Assembly (NCBI GenBank): GCA_900617105.1
Contig: UYFQ01000327.1
Coordinates: forward strand, 1 to 64,000
Direction of reading: 5' to 3'
Length of the DNA stretch: 64,000 bases
From: Hydrurus foetidus
Lineage: Eukaryota
In this document: piece after piece, positions 1 through 11,105 of the stretch
How positions within the stretch are numbered: the first letter of the stretch is position 1
Layout: each line of letters starts with the position of its first letter
Made by a program: the position numbers and the translations under genes
The notes under the pieces: model-generated
What the model was told of the DNA's origin: nothing
Database searches by the model: none
What the model saw: only the letters and a program-made list of their open reading frames with translations

Positions 1-3000
1 GCGCTATCCATACTGCATTAGGTCCTGCGAGACGTTTAGCCGCAGCTTCACTAGTCATCAAACGCTCGTTAACAATATGTAATAAATTCATATCCACTTT
101 TCCAATTCTTGCTCCTTTCAGAAACAAATTCATATGTGGAGTAGCATCATTTCTGTACCTCGTATTTTCTGTCAACTCTACATATTCGTTTAAACTTAAC
201 CATATATCACGTCCCTTTTCACAGAAAATATTTTCTAACACATCAAAATATATAGGCTGTCCAAATACGGGTTTCAATTGATAAAAGTCTCCTGTAAAAA
301 GTACGTGCGTGCCCCCAAAATGGCAACATCCCATATTTATTCTTTCCGTTTCATCAGTGATAAGAGTACCCATAGATTTAGTATGCCGCACGCTAATTTC
401 GTATAATGTTTCCAAATTGATCATAGATATTTCATCGATGATAACTAATTTAACACCATTTAATTTGGCACCTACAGCTTGCGCACACGGACCGGATATA
501 ACGTCACTTAAATTCGATTTGTTAAAGCCTTTTCCATACACAGATTGCCAAGTAAACCCTCGAATAACATTTGCGGCCGACCCAGTAGGAGCTACAGCAA
601 CAGCAGCACCATATATACCATTTTGTTTACCATGAAATAAATTGGTGAATTCCATTATTAATGATATAAGAAAAGATTTCCCTGTTCCACCTTCTCCAGA
701 CACAAACATTTTCATTTGATTTTGTATTTTGCCACTAATATATCCGACTGCTATATTATAAGCTTCGAGCTGTTTTATAGTTAAAAGCTCCACATTTTCT
801 AGCAGTATTTGTAACCGGATATTATAGTTATCGACAGGAATATTATTTTTCACCATATTAAACACAGACACACTATCAATATCCACATTGACACGATTTC
901 TAATAGACAAATTCTCCATAAATTTTTTTTGTTGTGTATGTACATAATGCATTAAATAATTTTTGGAAGATGTACACACATTAGTAAGAACACCATTATT
1001 ATTGGAGAGATCCGTTTCGATATAATTAATTACGGATTCATTTCTATCCGTATGTGAATTATACACATGTTCAATTTCATCATTCTCATAGTCATTGCCA
1101 TCATTTGGATCTCTCATTGTACTACTACAAATAGTACCCACATTTTTTCTTATCAAATCAGAATGTTGGTACTTCTCAAGAGTACTTTTCACGTACATAG
1201 GAAATAAGTTTTGATCTAGTGCAAGAGCATAGTATTGTATCGATGACAATCCAGTAGGAATTAGACACAGTTCACCAGCTAGTGGCCATGGAAGGTGCAT
1301 TAATAAATTGGAGAAACAAGACACTTCATCACAGTGATTAATAGGAACATATGGACACAAATTCACAACAGTATCCTTCCGTAATCTTGTATAAACAGTT
1401 TTTTCAATTAAAAATTTATTTGAACCGCTGCTATTCAAAATAATACCATATTTATCAAGTACTAATAGGGGAGGAAATTTTAGATTACTATTCTTATTTG
1501 ACTTCTCGACGCTGATACTATATGATGTAAGTAAAGAATAGTATGAGACATTACAAACGCCATTGTACGTAGTTCTTTGTTGGCACACTAATATCTCATA
1601 CGCACAACGTCGACCCAAATTAGAATTAGGGCCTGACTCAATAGCAGAGTCAGTATCCGCTAATTTACGGATACATTCGGGTCGAGTCTTCAAACTACGG
1701 ACAACAGAATCACCTATAAAAAATAAACAAAAATAATTAGTATAATAATGTTAATATACAAATTCGATATGAAATATACAATACGTACGATGTAAAGAGT
1801 TCACGTTGAGAACTCTCCGCGAAGATTGCACGAAATTTAATCCCAACAAACTGTAGCAAGCCTGAACCGAACCGATAGGACTACTACCCAACAAAGCACA
1901 CCCGACAGAATATAATCGATCACGATCTGTAATATTTGATGCATTATTCGACAAATATGCTATTTTCTTATTGAATATATTGGTCATAACTTTTTTATCG
2001 GGTTCTTCAAACTTAGATGCATACGATGCAACATATTCAGCAGCACCTACGGTATTTCCGATATATTGCAAATCATGATTGCCACCGTGAGCAATTGTAA
2101 GCAACGGTGAAATACAGGTCGCATTAATGTATGCATTATTCCTCTGAGGTAGGACAGAAACACGAACACGACTCTTTTTGTCACGGTCCTTGACAATAAG
2201 TGGTCCAAATAAACAATCCTTCGACGTCCATGGGAAACCAAAACGACACACTTTGTCATGTTTACGACAGTATTTGTAACATGTGAAACAGCATCTGTGA
2301 AACTGATTTGCGATTTGTAAAGATCGATAATGTTGTTGAACATAAACATCAGAAAAATCGCCATTACAGGACCGCTCATAGTTCAGTAACGGATCAAAGT
2401 TGATCCGACATGGATTGTCACCATCAACAAAATAGTCCTTATCAGGATTCCACAAAAGTCAGTTTCGTCAAGTCCAACTTCTCTAGAAAGTATAGAATAG
2501 TCTTCAATCTTGCAAGGATTAGCAACGAAATTTGCGGAAACCACACCCTGAACATACCACTTAACTTTGTCTTGTTCGGAAGATGATTCACTATCAACAG
2601 ATGTATTATCAATTCCGTCGAGGTTCGATACGCAAATTAGACTATGGACATGCGGTGTACCACGTGCCTGAAACTGGACATAAGAGAGCAATGTACATGT
2701 ATAAGAAAATGAAACAGAAAGAGATAGTGTATGTAATAATGAATGTGACTGGAATTGATATGAGATTAAAAAAGTAATCCGAATGGAAAGACAATGAAAA
2801 AGACAATGACCACATAATGAAAGATAGGAACGGATAAGAAATGAAATAAAAACAAAAAATTAGAAACCGAATAATATAGAAATGAAAAAGTGAAGGTGAA
2901 AATTTAGGTGAACACGAAAATGGAACTGAACATAGAATGAAAATGAAAAAAAAAGGAATATTAGAAATAAAATGAAAATAAAAATAGAACTGAAAATACA

Positions 3001-5980
3001 AAAAAAAATGAAAGTGAAAATGAAAAGGAAAATAAAAATGAAAATGTAAAAGAAAATAACAATAATAATGAAAATAAGAATTTAAAAAGAAATAAAAATG
3101 AAATGGAAATCAAAATAAAAAAATATATAAATAATAAAAAGGTGCACCTCGACTCTCCGCCAATAATCAGTTATGAGACCAAATGGACGGGCTTTGCCAA
3201 GAAGTATATGTTTCCATATACAGTCTTGTTTAGCATCGTACAATCGTGCCATCGTAGCAGGATGTTTCCGTAACAGACTCAGTCTTTCAGATGCAACTAG
3301 ACTGCGAGTCTGAGAAAAAATTACATATAGTTAAGACCATACTAACAAATAACCATTCGCAAACAGTAAAGTCACCTTAATATGACGGGCACCCCATGAT
3401 TCGATGGAACTGTCACTAATCGGACTCCCCACAACATCGTAAAATCGGCTCTCGTAGAGATCGGCAGGAGCCGTAGTAAAAAATAAACGCAATGAACCAT
3501 AATTACATATAATAGGTGATGGTAACATAGCCATTAACTTACCCCTTTCATATGCAATTTGTGATGTAGTCCCTTGTAAGGATTTAGAATAGGGAATTAG
3601 TCTTTTTATCAACTTTTCCATCTCGGTCGCTCGATTAATAGCTTCAGAATTACCCACAGGATCGACAATCAAATGAACAGCCGCTCCGACATTATCATTA
3701 TTAACTTCGGTATTCTTCGTTACATCTAGATATGACAGTAACTCATTAATATCTTTTATATTAGGTGTATCATCATTGCTTTGTTCATCATATTCCTTCC
3801 GTTGAGCAAGATATGCTACACCACCTATTTTTCGTCTCATTTCCATTGTGTACATACTAAATATAAATTTTGCATTTTGCTGAAATCTACGGGCGTCAGG
3901 ACCACCACCAAGAGATAGCATATGCTTAGTGTAATTTGCCATTGTGATCATATTGCAATTAACATCACTAGGACACCCACGCCCATATGGAAATATAGTA
4001 GGAAAACATCGGGGTAAATAATATTCTGGATTTTTGTATTGACAAACAAATTGATGATTAGCCGTACGCTGAAAAGACTTGGTACGGGGATCGACCAACG
4101 CATTACGAATATCTTCCAATAATGAGACGAGTGTATTAGGTGCCGCTAACAGCAACTCATGCTCTTGTCCACTAGATGCTACAGTAGGAAAAGTTATGTT
4201 AACAATCAGAATATAGCGAACACATAGACACTTGTTCAAGGCAAGCATACGTACCTGGATTACAAGACGGTATATCGCCAGGAAACGGAATTTCAGCTAC
4301 ACCTTCATCAAGTTCGAGTTCTTCCGCATCAGATACATCAATAAAAGGAATATCAATACACTCCGAATTATTGGCCCAATCGATAATTTCTGACGACCAC
4401 TTCAACTTTACATCCTCATATAAGTGGTTATTGTGTTTCAACCAGATCAGCGCATTATAAACACGATTGGGACGATACGTGTAATCTTTGTTAAGTTTAG
4501 TAGTGGCATGTCGAAGTACAGCCGTACAATCAACAGTTGGCATGCGAGGTAGCTCCTTAGCAACGCTAGTCAGATCATTGATAATTGTGTAACAAGTAGC
4601 GCCCCGTGATTTAAAGTGTTTCCCCCCAGCCAGACTAATATTAGTAACAGCACTATATATGTTGATCATACTCTCCTCAACAGAAGTTAGATTTTGGAGC
4701 TCATTGGGTATAGATCCAGTAAATAAACCACGAAATAGACACACCTTAGGACAAACAGACTCGCCACCATCCGAGTCGGTACTTTGATCATCTGATAAAT
4801 TTGTTGAAACATCTTCGCAACTTATCCCCCCTCTAGATAATTCATCATTTGTAACCTTATTCAAAAGTAATTGGCGAGAACACGTCCGACATATAGTATC
4901 CACATCACGTATAAGCCCATCCTTAAAAAACGTATCCAGCTCTCGATTGAATATGGTATCATATCTGCTCTTACAACGTTCAGGACTAACCACGTTATTG
5001 AACTTAGTGGCGATCCCAGACATTTCTAGCAGGTCGCCAACGTCTGCAACAGATACACAACCAACGCGACTACCCTCTAAACCACAAATAGCACATACTA
5101 TGAATTTCGATAACGAATCATAGGAATCACTATACGCAATAGCGTCAGAGGCGCTATGTGAAGGCGCAGGATCCAACAAACAACGAGGTATTTTCCTACG
5201 AAGCCGAAGAGAATCTCCGTAATGTTTGAATGGTGACGAAACAGAGAGAAGACGTTTAGTAGCAAGAATAGCACGATTCCGAAAGTCGACTCTAGGCAAA
5301 GCAACCCGGGGTTCATTACGTGAATGCTGAATGCAACCACGTCGAGTTGCAATGATAGACTGATAACGAACTCTCTGTCTCTTCACAGAAGCACAAGTAG
5401 CGGTTACCCTAGCACCAACCGTAGTATTAGTTACAGCAACAGACACACTATCATGAATACTGGCCAAATGTGATGAGTGATGAACTGGGTCGAGAATGCA
5501 ATCGTAATGATTGTGGCCAGTGTAAAGAAGATAAAAGTTATTGACACGATTACGACCCGGCAGGGGCGTTGCAAAAGTTGTCATCCATTTCATCCAACGG
5601 CTGACGATATGAGGCTGGAAAACGTATATATCAACAGGATACATGTGAACCATACAAGCCAGCTCAATCGCACCACCCCAGGACGTACTCTTCGACATAT
5701 AGTTGACGTAGCGTTCAATACTGTAGTGCTCCAGAGCAATGCACTCAACAACTGAATAAACAGATCCAGGCCCAAGATAAAGCAACGTAGACGGATGAGA
5801 TCGAATGAAATCGTTTATCTCAGAACGCAACAACTGAGGAGTGTAAGACGACGTCTGGTACATCCGATTAAGAAAGAAACAAAACGAATGATACAAGCAA
5901 CTATTATCACCGAGCTGTTTTATCACAAGACCACCAACAAGATCCCCATCGACGAGATCAACATCACAACTGGCATCCAT
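1..5980 (-). CDS. Helitron RepHel protein: OTU protease-like, DUF6570-like, HUH Rep and PIF1 helicase domains; five exons (5980-4255, 4178-3376, 3309-3148, 2673-1789, 1713-<1), one frameshift near 2455
   Basis: OTU motifs GDNSC, WGGAIEL, HNHYD. Rep motifs LFFTTAPAD, spliced RVE|FQARGTPHVH, and YVASYASK. Helicase motifs MFVSGEGGTGKSFLI (about 709-665), VIIDEISM and FTGDFYQLKPV. GT-AG introns at 4179-4254, 3310-3375, 2674-3147 and 1714-1788 restore the reading frame. Confidence 0.92.
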
Positions 5981-6039
5981 GACAACCACTATGTGACAAC
6001 CACAATGTAGCAAGAACCAGATGTGTAACAACGAACTAC

Positions 6040-6246
6040 TGTGGCTCCCTCAGGGTCTGCTACCCCATTCAGCCGATTAGATGCTGTTTCCACCTTAGTA
6101 CCTTCGTGTTCACAGCCACGACTATCAGTCACTAGCTAGTTTGTGCTGCTTTGCAGAAGTTACTAGCGTACCTTCTGTTGCATCCCTAACTAACTAGCTC
6201 CTTTTAGCCTTTAGACTTCCCTTCTCTTTTGCCTTCCAAGGTCACA
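6040..6246 (+). repeat. Gypsy 5' LTR
   Basis: TGTGGCTCCC...GGTCACA, direct repeat of 14445-14651. Confidence 0.97.
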
Positions 6247-6337
6247 GTAGATCTACTTCCTTTAGTTTCTCTTCTTTAGACCCTATCCTCCTACTCTAAG
6301 CTACCATCCCCTATACTACCCTGCTGCCCTAACTCAC

Positions 6338-6681
6338 CCGATTATCTGCGTGGAGAATCTCGAATTTTATTCGAAATTCTCGTTTACGAGCAATTCTTAC
6401 TATCGCGAGCAAGTCTCCGAAGTCTGGTCGCCGTAAACTTAGTCACTCGGTTTCTCCCGATACTTGACTATTTTGTGGTTGCTTGAGTTTCATCTCAGCA
6501 ATCCCATACCGATTACCTGCGTGGAGAATCTCGAATTTTATTCGACATTCTCGTTTGCGAGCAATTCTTACTATCGCGAGCAAGTCTCCGAAGTCTGGTT
6601 GCCGTAAACTTAGTCACTCGGATTGAGATTTCTCTCCCGATACTTGACTGTCTTGTGGTTGCTTGAGTTTCATCTCAGCAA
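6338..6681 (+). repeat. Tandem duplication of about 170 bp in the Gypsy 5' leader
   Basis: CCGATTA(T/C)CTGCGTGGAGAATCTCGAATTTTATTCGA...CATCTCAGCAA occurs at about 6338-6501 and about 6508-6681. Confidence 0.9.
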
Positions 6682-6986
6682 ACCCAAATTTTTGTGCAGA
6701 GTTAACTCCGTTAACTTCTGCCCATCTCTCGCCGCAAGCTTTGCTTGGCTGACGTCCGTGGATAGCTTTGTCTTCCACGCCGTTCTCGTTATTGGTCGAG
6801 CAAGTCTCCCAATCCCGACTTATTTTGTACGGATTGATTCACTCATCCGTCCAGAACCTGCTTGACTTATTGTGCTTCGTCTAATCGCCTGTTTGATTTT
6901 CATCCAAACGGCACGAGGCGAAGCCCTTGAAAATTTTTTTTGGCGACTCTAGCCATTTAAATTGTCAAGACATAAGTCATCTAACG

Positions 6987-9900
6987 ATGCCGTTATCCGA
7001 TGACTCTTCGGAGATATCGCCGTCGCTCGCCGAATTGACTACTCAATTAATTCCGGCAGCGACGACAGTTGCGACAATCCAGTCGACAACAACAACACCG
7101 ACAGCAGTAGCTGCGTCTGACAGAACTGATCGCCCGGTATTCCCAGTAACAATACTGGGACCTACCAACAGTTCCAATCAGGCGCCGCCTAATCGTCATA
7201 ACGACGACGACGACGACGAAATTCAGACAACGCGACAACATGACAATGTCACGTTGCGTTCGTCAGACGCAAATCGTCAGCAAACACGCCATAACGGCAA
7301 CCCTGACCGGGATGATGACGACGACGATACCAACCCTCGTCGCCGTGTAGATTCACCCCCACAACGATACCTCCGTCGTCAGGGCCTCGACAGTTACGAC
7401 AATTCAACTCGTCGGAATAACCTCGTCGACGGAGATGCAACGGGCGACGACTCGCCCACTCACAACCAACAAAGTGGTAGCGAAGACGGTGGTGACGGTA
7501 ATCGTTACGATAACCGTCAACGCCACGAGTCTAACCAACGTCAATACAATGACGATAATCGAAACAACAACGATTATCGACGTTCTAATGATGACAATCA
7601 AGGTCACAACGACAATCGTCGTACCTACGATGACTCCAACCCTCCCAGGGACAACCGTAACACGGGCCCTTCATACGGTACGGAGCACCGTAACGACAAC
7701 CGTTACGATAACGATGGACGTCAATATAACGATGATCGCCGAAATGACAATCAACGTCAGAACGATGATCGTCGTTATAACGACAATTACCGTCAGAATG
7801 ACGACAACCACGACTACGACAACGATGGTCGTCGCGGCTATGACACCCCATTCAACGACGACAACAGACGTCAATATGACGATCGACGCAACATCGACAA
7901 TCGTCGCAACGACGACAACCCACGTCAGAATGACGGGCGTCGCGATTACGACTATCGCCAACAAGACGACAACCCTAACAGGGATAATCGCAGAGACACT
8001 TTCCAACGTCACAACGATAACCCCCAAAGGGATAATCGTAATTACGAGGATTCTCGTAGTAATGACAACCCAAACAGGGGAAATTATTCGACTAACAATC
8101 GCAGTTTCGATAGTTTTCGCGACGACAACAACGACAGTTTCCGTCAGGGAGACAACAACCCCAATAGGAGAAGTCGTCGAGAACCCCCACAGGGTCAAGA
8201 TGACAGTTCCCCAAGGGACTATCCTCAAAGAGACAATCGTCGCCAACAGGATACCTCCAACCGGGGCAACCGTAATACTGACGGTCGTCGGTACAACGAC
8301 AACCAGTACGAGGACGAACGTGCGACTCCACGGGCAACCGTACGCGTCACCGACAATCCTCGACTACTCGAGAGTCGCGATACGCGCATCCCCGAAAATG
8401 TGGAGACAATAACCCGCACAGCGGACGCCCCTCGCAAACGCGCGTCACCTCCACAAGAGGGTCCCACATCACGCAAGCGACAAGCTTCCCCACCAGGGTC
8501 ACCGGAACGGCCAACATACGTACGTACGTTCACCGGTGACAAGGATTACAACCCACAACCCCAACGAGTCATCCAGGAGATCCCAAGGGAAATTCGGGTT
8601 CCTAACCCACTCCCCTTGGATCCTCCAGACATCGTGGTACTGCCTGCAACGGATCGCATAATCGATTACGAGCAGCAAACAGCAGCATTCCGAGCTGCAG
8701 GGGGCGGTCCCGACCCCAATGCAGCGCACCCGGTACGACCCCCGATACCACGGTACATACACGATCGTACGTCACCGATCAACGTACCCGCGGTACAGTT
8801 TGCCACACCCAATGCGGCACCTACAGCGCTTGTAGTGGGTGGCCGGGCGGTGGACGATGGTTCCCGACCCATCTCCGCTATTGCCTTGCAAACGGTACTT
8901 TACGTTCTCAACGTAAATGCGTCAGGCATTATTGGACAAGAGGCTGCACGGGAGTTTTTCGAACACTCCCAGAGGTGGACCAACAACTACGATGTTGGTC
9001 AAGTCATCTCGACTAAAGCAGTCAGGTGTATCGATGATCAGATCCATACGGATCAAGATTATCCATACGCGGAAGAGACACGTAAAATGTGGCTCCAAAC
9101 ACTGACTGTCCCTCAAGTAGCGCAATTAGTCCTGCGCTACTTTCGCGCGGACACACAGCTAGGACAGTCACTAGCTGAGCATTTCTCGGAAGTCCATCTC
9201 GCCTTTTGTTACAACAAAAGGGAGATTGAGATGCGCTGCATGACTCAGTTTCGTGAGGTGGTGGAGAACCATGTACAAGTACATGGCCCACTCAGCACCT
9301 CCGACCATGCTGCACTCACTCTCATCTTCGAGAAAAAGATGCCTCTTAACGGTGCCATCACCGCCAAATACAAAGAGCATAAACGCGTCAATCCGCATGA
9401 CGTGGACGATTGGGAATTCGCGATGCGTCGCTTTTTCTCCCAAGTCAATGCGGTACGCCAACTTCAGCTACACGTAGCGGCTTTTGGGGACCCCAACGAC
9501 ATTTATTGTCACCCCGCTACCCAAAACCCATACGGGTTGTCTCTCACGACGAACCCCAAAACCCTGTTGGTTGGTGCGGCACTCCCAGCCTTACCACCGC
9601 TGGCACTGCCAACAACACCACTCCGACAGTGTAACTCGTGTGGACATATGGACCATCTGCTGAAAAACTGCCCACACATGTGGATGGTGGATTCCAACAC
9701 CAACCACAATGTGCCGTGGGAGCACTCCAACATGGGTCGCACGTGGGCACAATACGGTCATGCGACCTACCCTATCAATGATCGCATCCCTGGTCTGGGC
9801 CGCTTTAAAATCCACATACCCCGTCGTGAAACAAATTTCACTGATGAGGTACTGAATAAAGCTCAGCCCCCAGGGGGTGGCCATAAGAAAAAATACCAAG

Positions 9901-11105
9901 GGAACCCCAATCATGGGGGGAACTATAATCGAGGTCCCACCAACAAACCGCGATACGGTTCTGGGGGACAAAACACCACGTTGGCCAACAACACCTCCAC
10001 CAACGCAACCCACAGTGGTCTAACGCCCGCAGCCGCATATGATGGTACGTTACCTCATGTCACGGTGGTGGAGTCCTTGGTAGTGGCGATACATGCTACT
10101 AGCACATGTACACCTACCGATACACCATCACCTGCATGTATACTCAACACTGACATACTTGTAACGAATACATTGGAGGTCTCAACCCCCTCCAATACAG
10201 TATCGGATAACACTAACAATGTTCTTCCCACATGTCTTCACGTGTTACAGCCACCCCATACCTCCCTGCCTCTAATCTCGGAGGTGCTGGCGGCATGCCA
10301 TAACCAGACCGACATGTCGGAAATACCGCTCATAGGTACGTTACCGTCTGACTCACTTGTAGCAGCGGTACACTCAACACATCCTAATGAACTTCTTTCA
10401 TTATTGGTGTTCAAGGATGAACGAAGAACCTTGCAGGGACACGCCCCCACCACAGCCGCGTCAGCACCCCAGTCCACGGGACTTAGTCTTACAGCGCACG
10501 CGCTCCTAGACACGGGTAGCATGGCCGGCGATTTTGTTTCCAAATCACTGCTTGTCTCACTTGATGCACTTGCTCATTGTTATGTGTCTTCAACAGCACT
10601 TAACGTTTGTAGCGGTCTTGATGGAACTTGTTATAGGTGTAATACCTTAGTCGATTTAGGCCTTACTTTTTTCGATGATAGTAATATTAAGCACACTATC
10701 TATATCACTTTTAGTGTTAATCCTTTTGCACAATTGGATCTGATCATCGGACGCAAGTCCCTGAATCAACACAACTTGTTTGTGCTGACGCCGAAACGTA
10801 TGGGCTTTGACCCTACGTTAATCGAAACGTCACCCAGCCCAGATGACATCGGTCTACTTCCCTTAAGGGCAGAGTCCGACATCGGTACAGATTCACATAC
10901 CGACGTCTGTTGTCATCATAGTGACGCTGTCGGATCGCGTAGTCCTTGTACACAGTGTCGCCTAATTACCGACACTGCTGACAATGGAGACGAAGGTCAC
11001 TCGAGCACCCACCGTATTCCAACAGTGGGAGAAGAGTGGGGTCCATCTGCGCTATGGACGGGCAGTGGTCTTAACCGCCCCCTTCTGAGACCGGGACGAG
11101 AGTGA
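6987..11105 (+). CDS. Gypsy Gag-protease with a long N/D/R-rich low-complexity N-terminus
   Basis: First ATG at 6987 (MPLSDD). CCHC knuckle CNSCGHMDHLLKNC. Aspartic protease motifs LLDTGSMAGDF and DLIIGR. Confidence 0.88.
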   Translation: MPLSDDSSEISPSLAELTTQLIPAATTVATIQSTTTTPTAVAASDRTDRPVFPVTILGPTNSSNQAPPNRHNDDDDDEIQTTRQHDNVTLRSSDANRQQTRHNGNPDRDDDDDDTNPRRRVDSPPQRYLRRQGLDSYDNSTRRNNLVDGDATGDDSPTHNQQSGSEDGGDGNRYDNRQRHESNQRQYNDDNRNNNDYRRSNDDNQGHNDNRRTYDDSNPPRDNRNTGPSYGTEHRNDNRYDNDGRQYNDDRRNDNQRQNDDRRYNDNYRQNDDNHDYDNDGRRGYDTPFNDDNRRQYDDRRNIDNRRNDDNPRQNDGRRDYDYRQQDDNPNRDNRRDTFQRHNDNPQRDNRNYEDSRSNDNPNRGNYSTNNRSFDSFRDDNNDSFRQGDNNPNRRSRREPPQGQDDSSPRDYPQRDNRRQQDTSNRGNRNTDGRRYNDNQYEDERATPRATVRVTDNPRLLESRDTRIPENVETITRTADAPRKRASPPQEGPTSRKRQASPPGSPERPTYVRTFTGDKDYNPQPQRVIQEIPREIRVPNPLPLDPPDIVVLPATDRIIDYEQQTAAFRAAGGGPDPNAAHPVRPPIPRYIHDRTSPINVPAVQFATPNAAPTALVVGGRAVDDGSRPISAIALQTVLYVLNVNASGIIGQEAAREFFEHSQRWTNNYDVGQVISTKAVRCIDDQIHTDQDYPYAEETRKMWLQTLTVPQVAQLVLRYFRADTQLGQSLAEHFSEVHLAFCYNKREIEMRCMTQFREVVENHVQVHGPLSTSDHAALTLIFEKKMPLNGAITAKYKEHKRVNPHDVDDWEFAMRRFFSQVNAVRQLQLHVAAFGDPNDIYCHPATQNPYGLSLTTNPKTLLVGAALPALPPLALPTTPLRQCNSCGHMDHLLKNCPHMWMVDSNTNHNVPWEHSNMGRTWAQYGHATYPINDRIPGLGRFKIHIPRRETNFTDEVLNKAQPPGGGHKKKYQGNPNHGGNYNRGPTNKPRYGSGGQNTTLANNTSTNATHSGLTPAAAYDGTLPHVTVVESLVVAIHATSTCTPTDTPSPACILNTDILVTNTLEVSTPSNTVSDNTNNVLPTCLHVLQPPHTSLPLISEVLAACHNQTDMSEIPLIGTLPSDSLVAAVHSTHPNELLSLLVFKDERRTLQGHAPTTAASAPQSTGLSLTAHALLDTGSMAGDFVSKSLLVSLDALAHCYVSSTALNVCSGLDGTCYRCNTLVDLGLTFFDDSNIKHTIYITFSVNPFAQLDLIIGRKSLNQHNLFVLTPKRMGFDPTLIETSPSPDDIGLLPLRAESDIGTDSHTDVCCHHSDAVGSRSPCTQCRLITDTADNGDEGHSSTHRIPTVGEEWGPSALWTGSGLNRPLLRPGRE

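Noticed and set aside
2642..3001. 119-aa Phe-rich ORF
   Set aside because: It is a translation of the T-rich Helitron intron.
6051..6063. Possible self-priming partner for the Gypsy PBS (GGGTCTGC with GTAGATCT)
   Set aside because: Only 8 pairs with three G:U, and it sits at the far 5' end of U3; too weak.
7435..8412. Thr-rich 325-aa ORF and antisense Val-rich ORFs
   Set aside because: These are alternative frames of the Gag low-complexity repeat.
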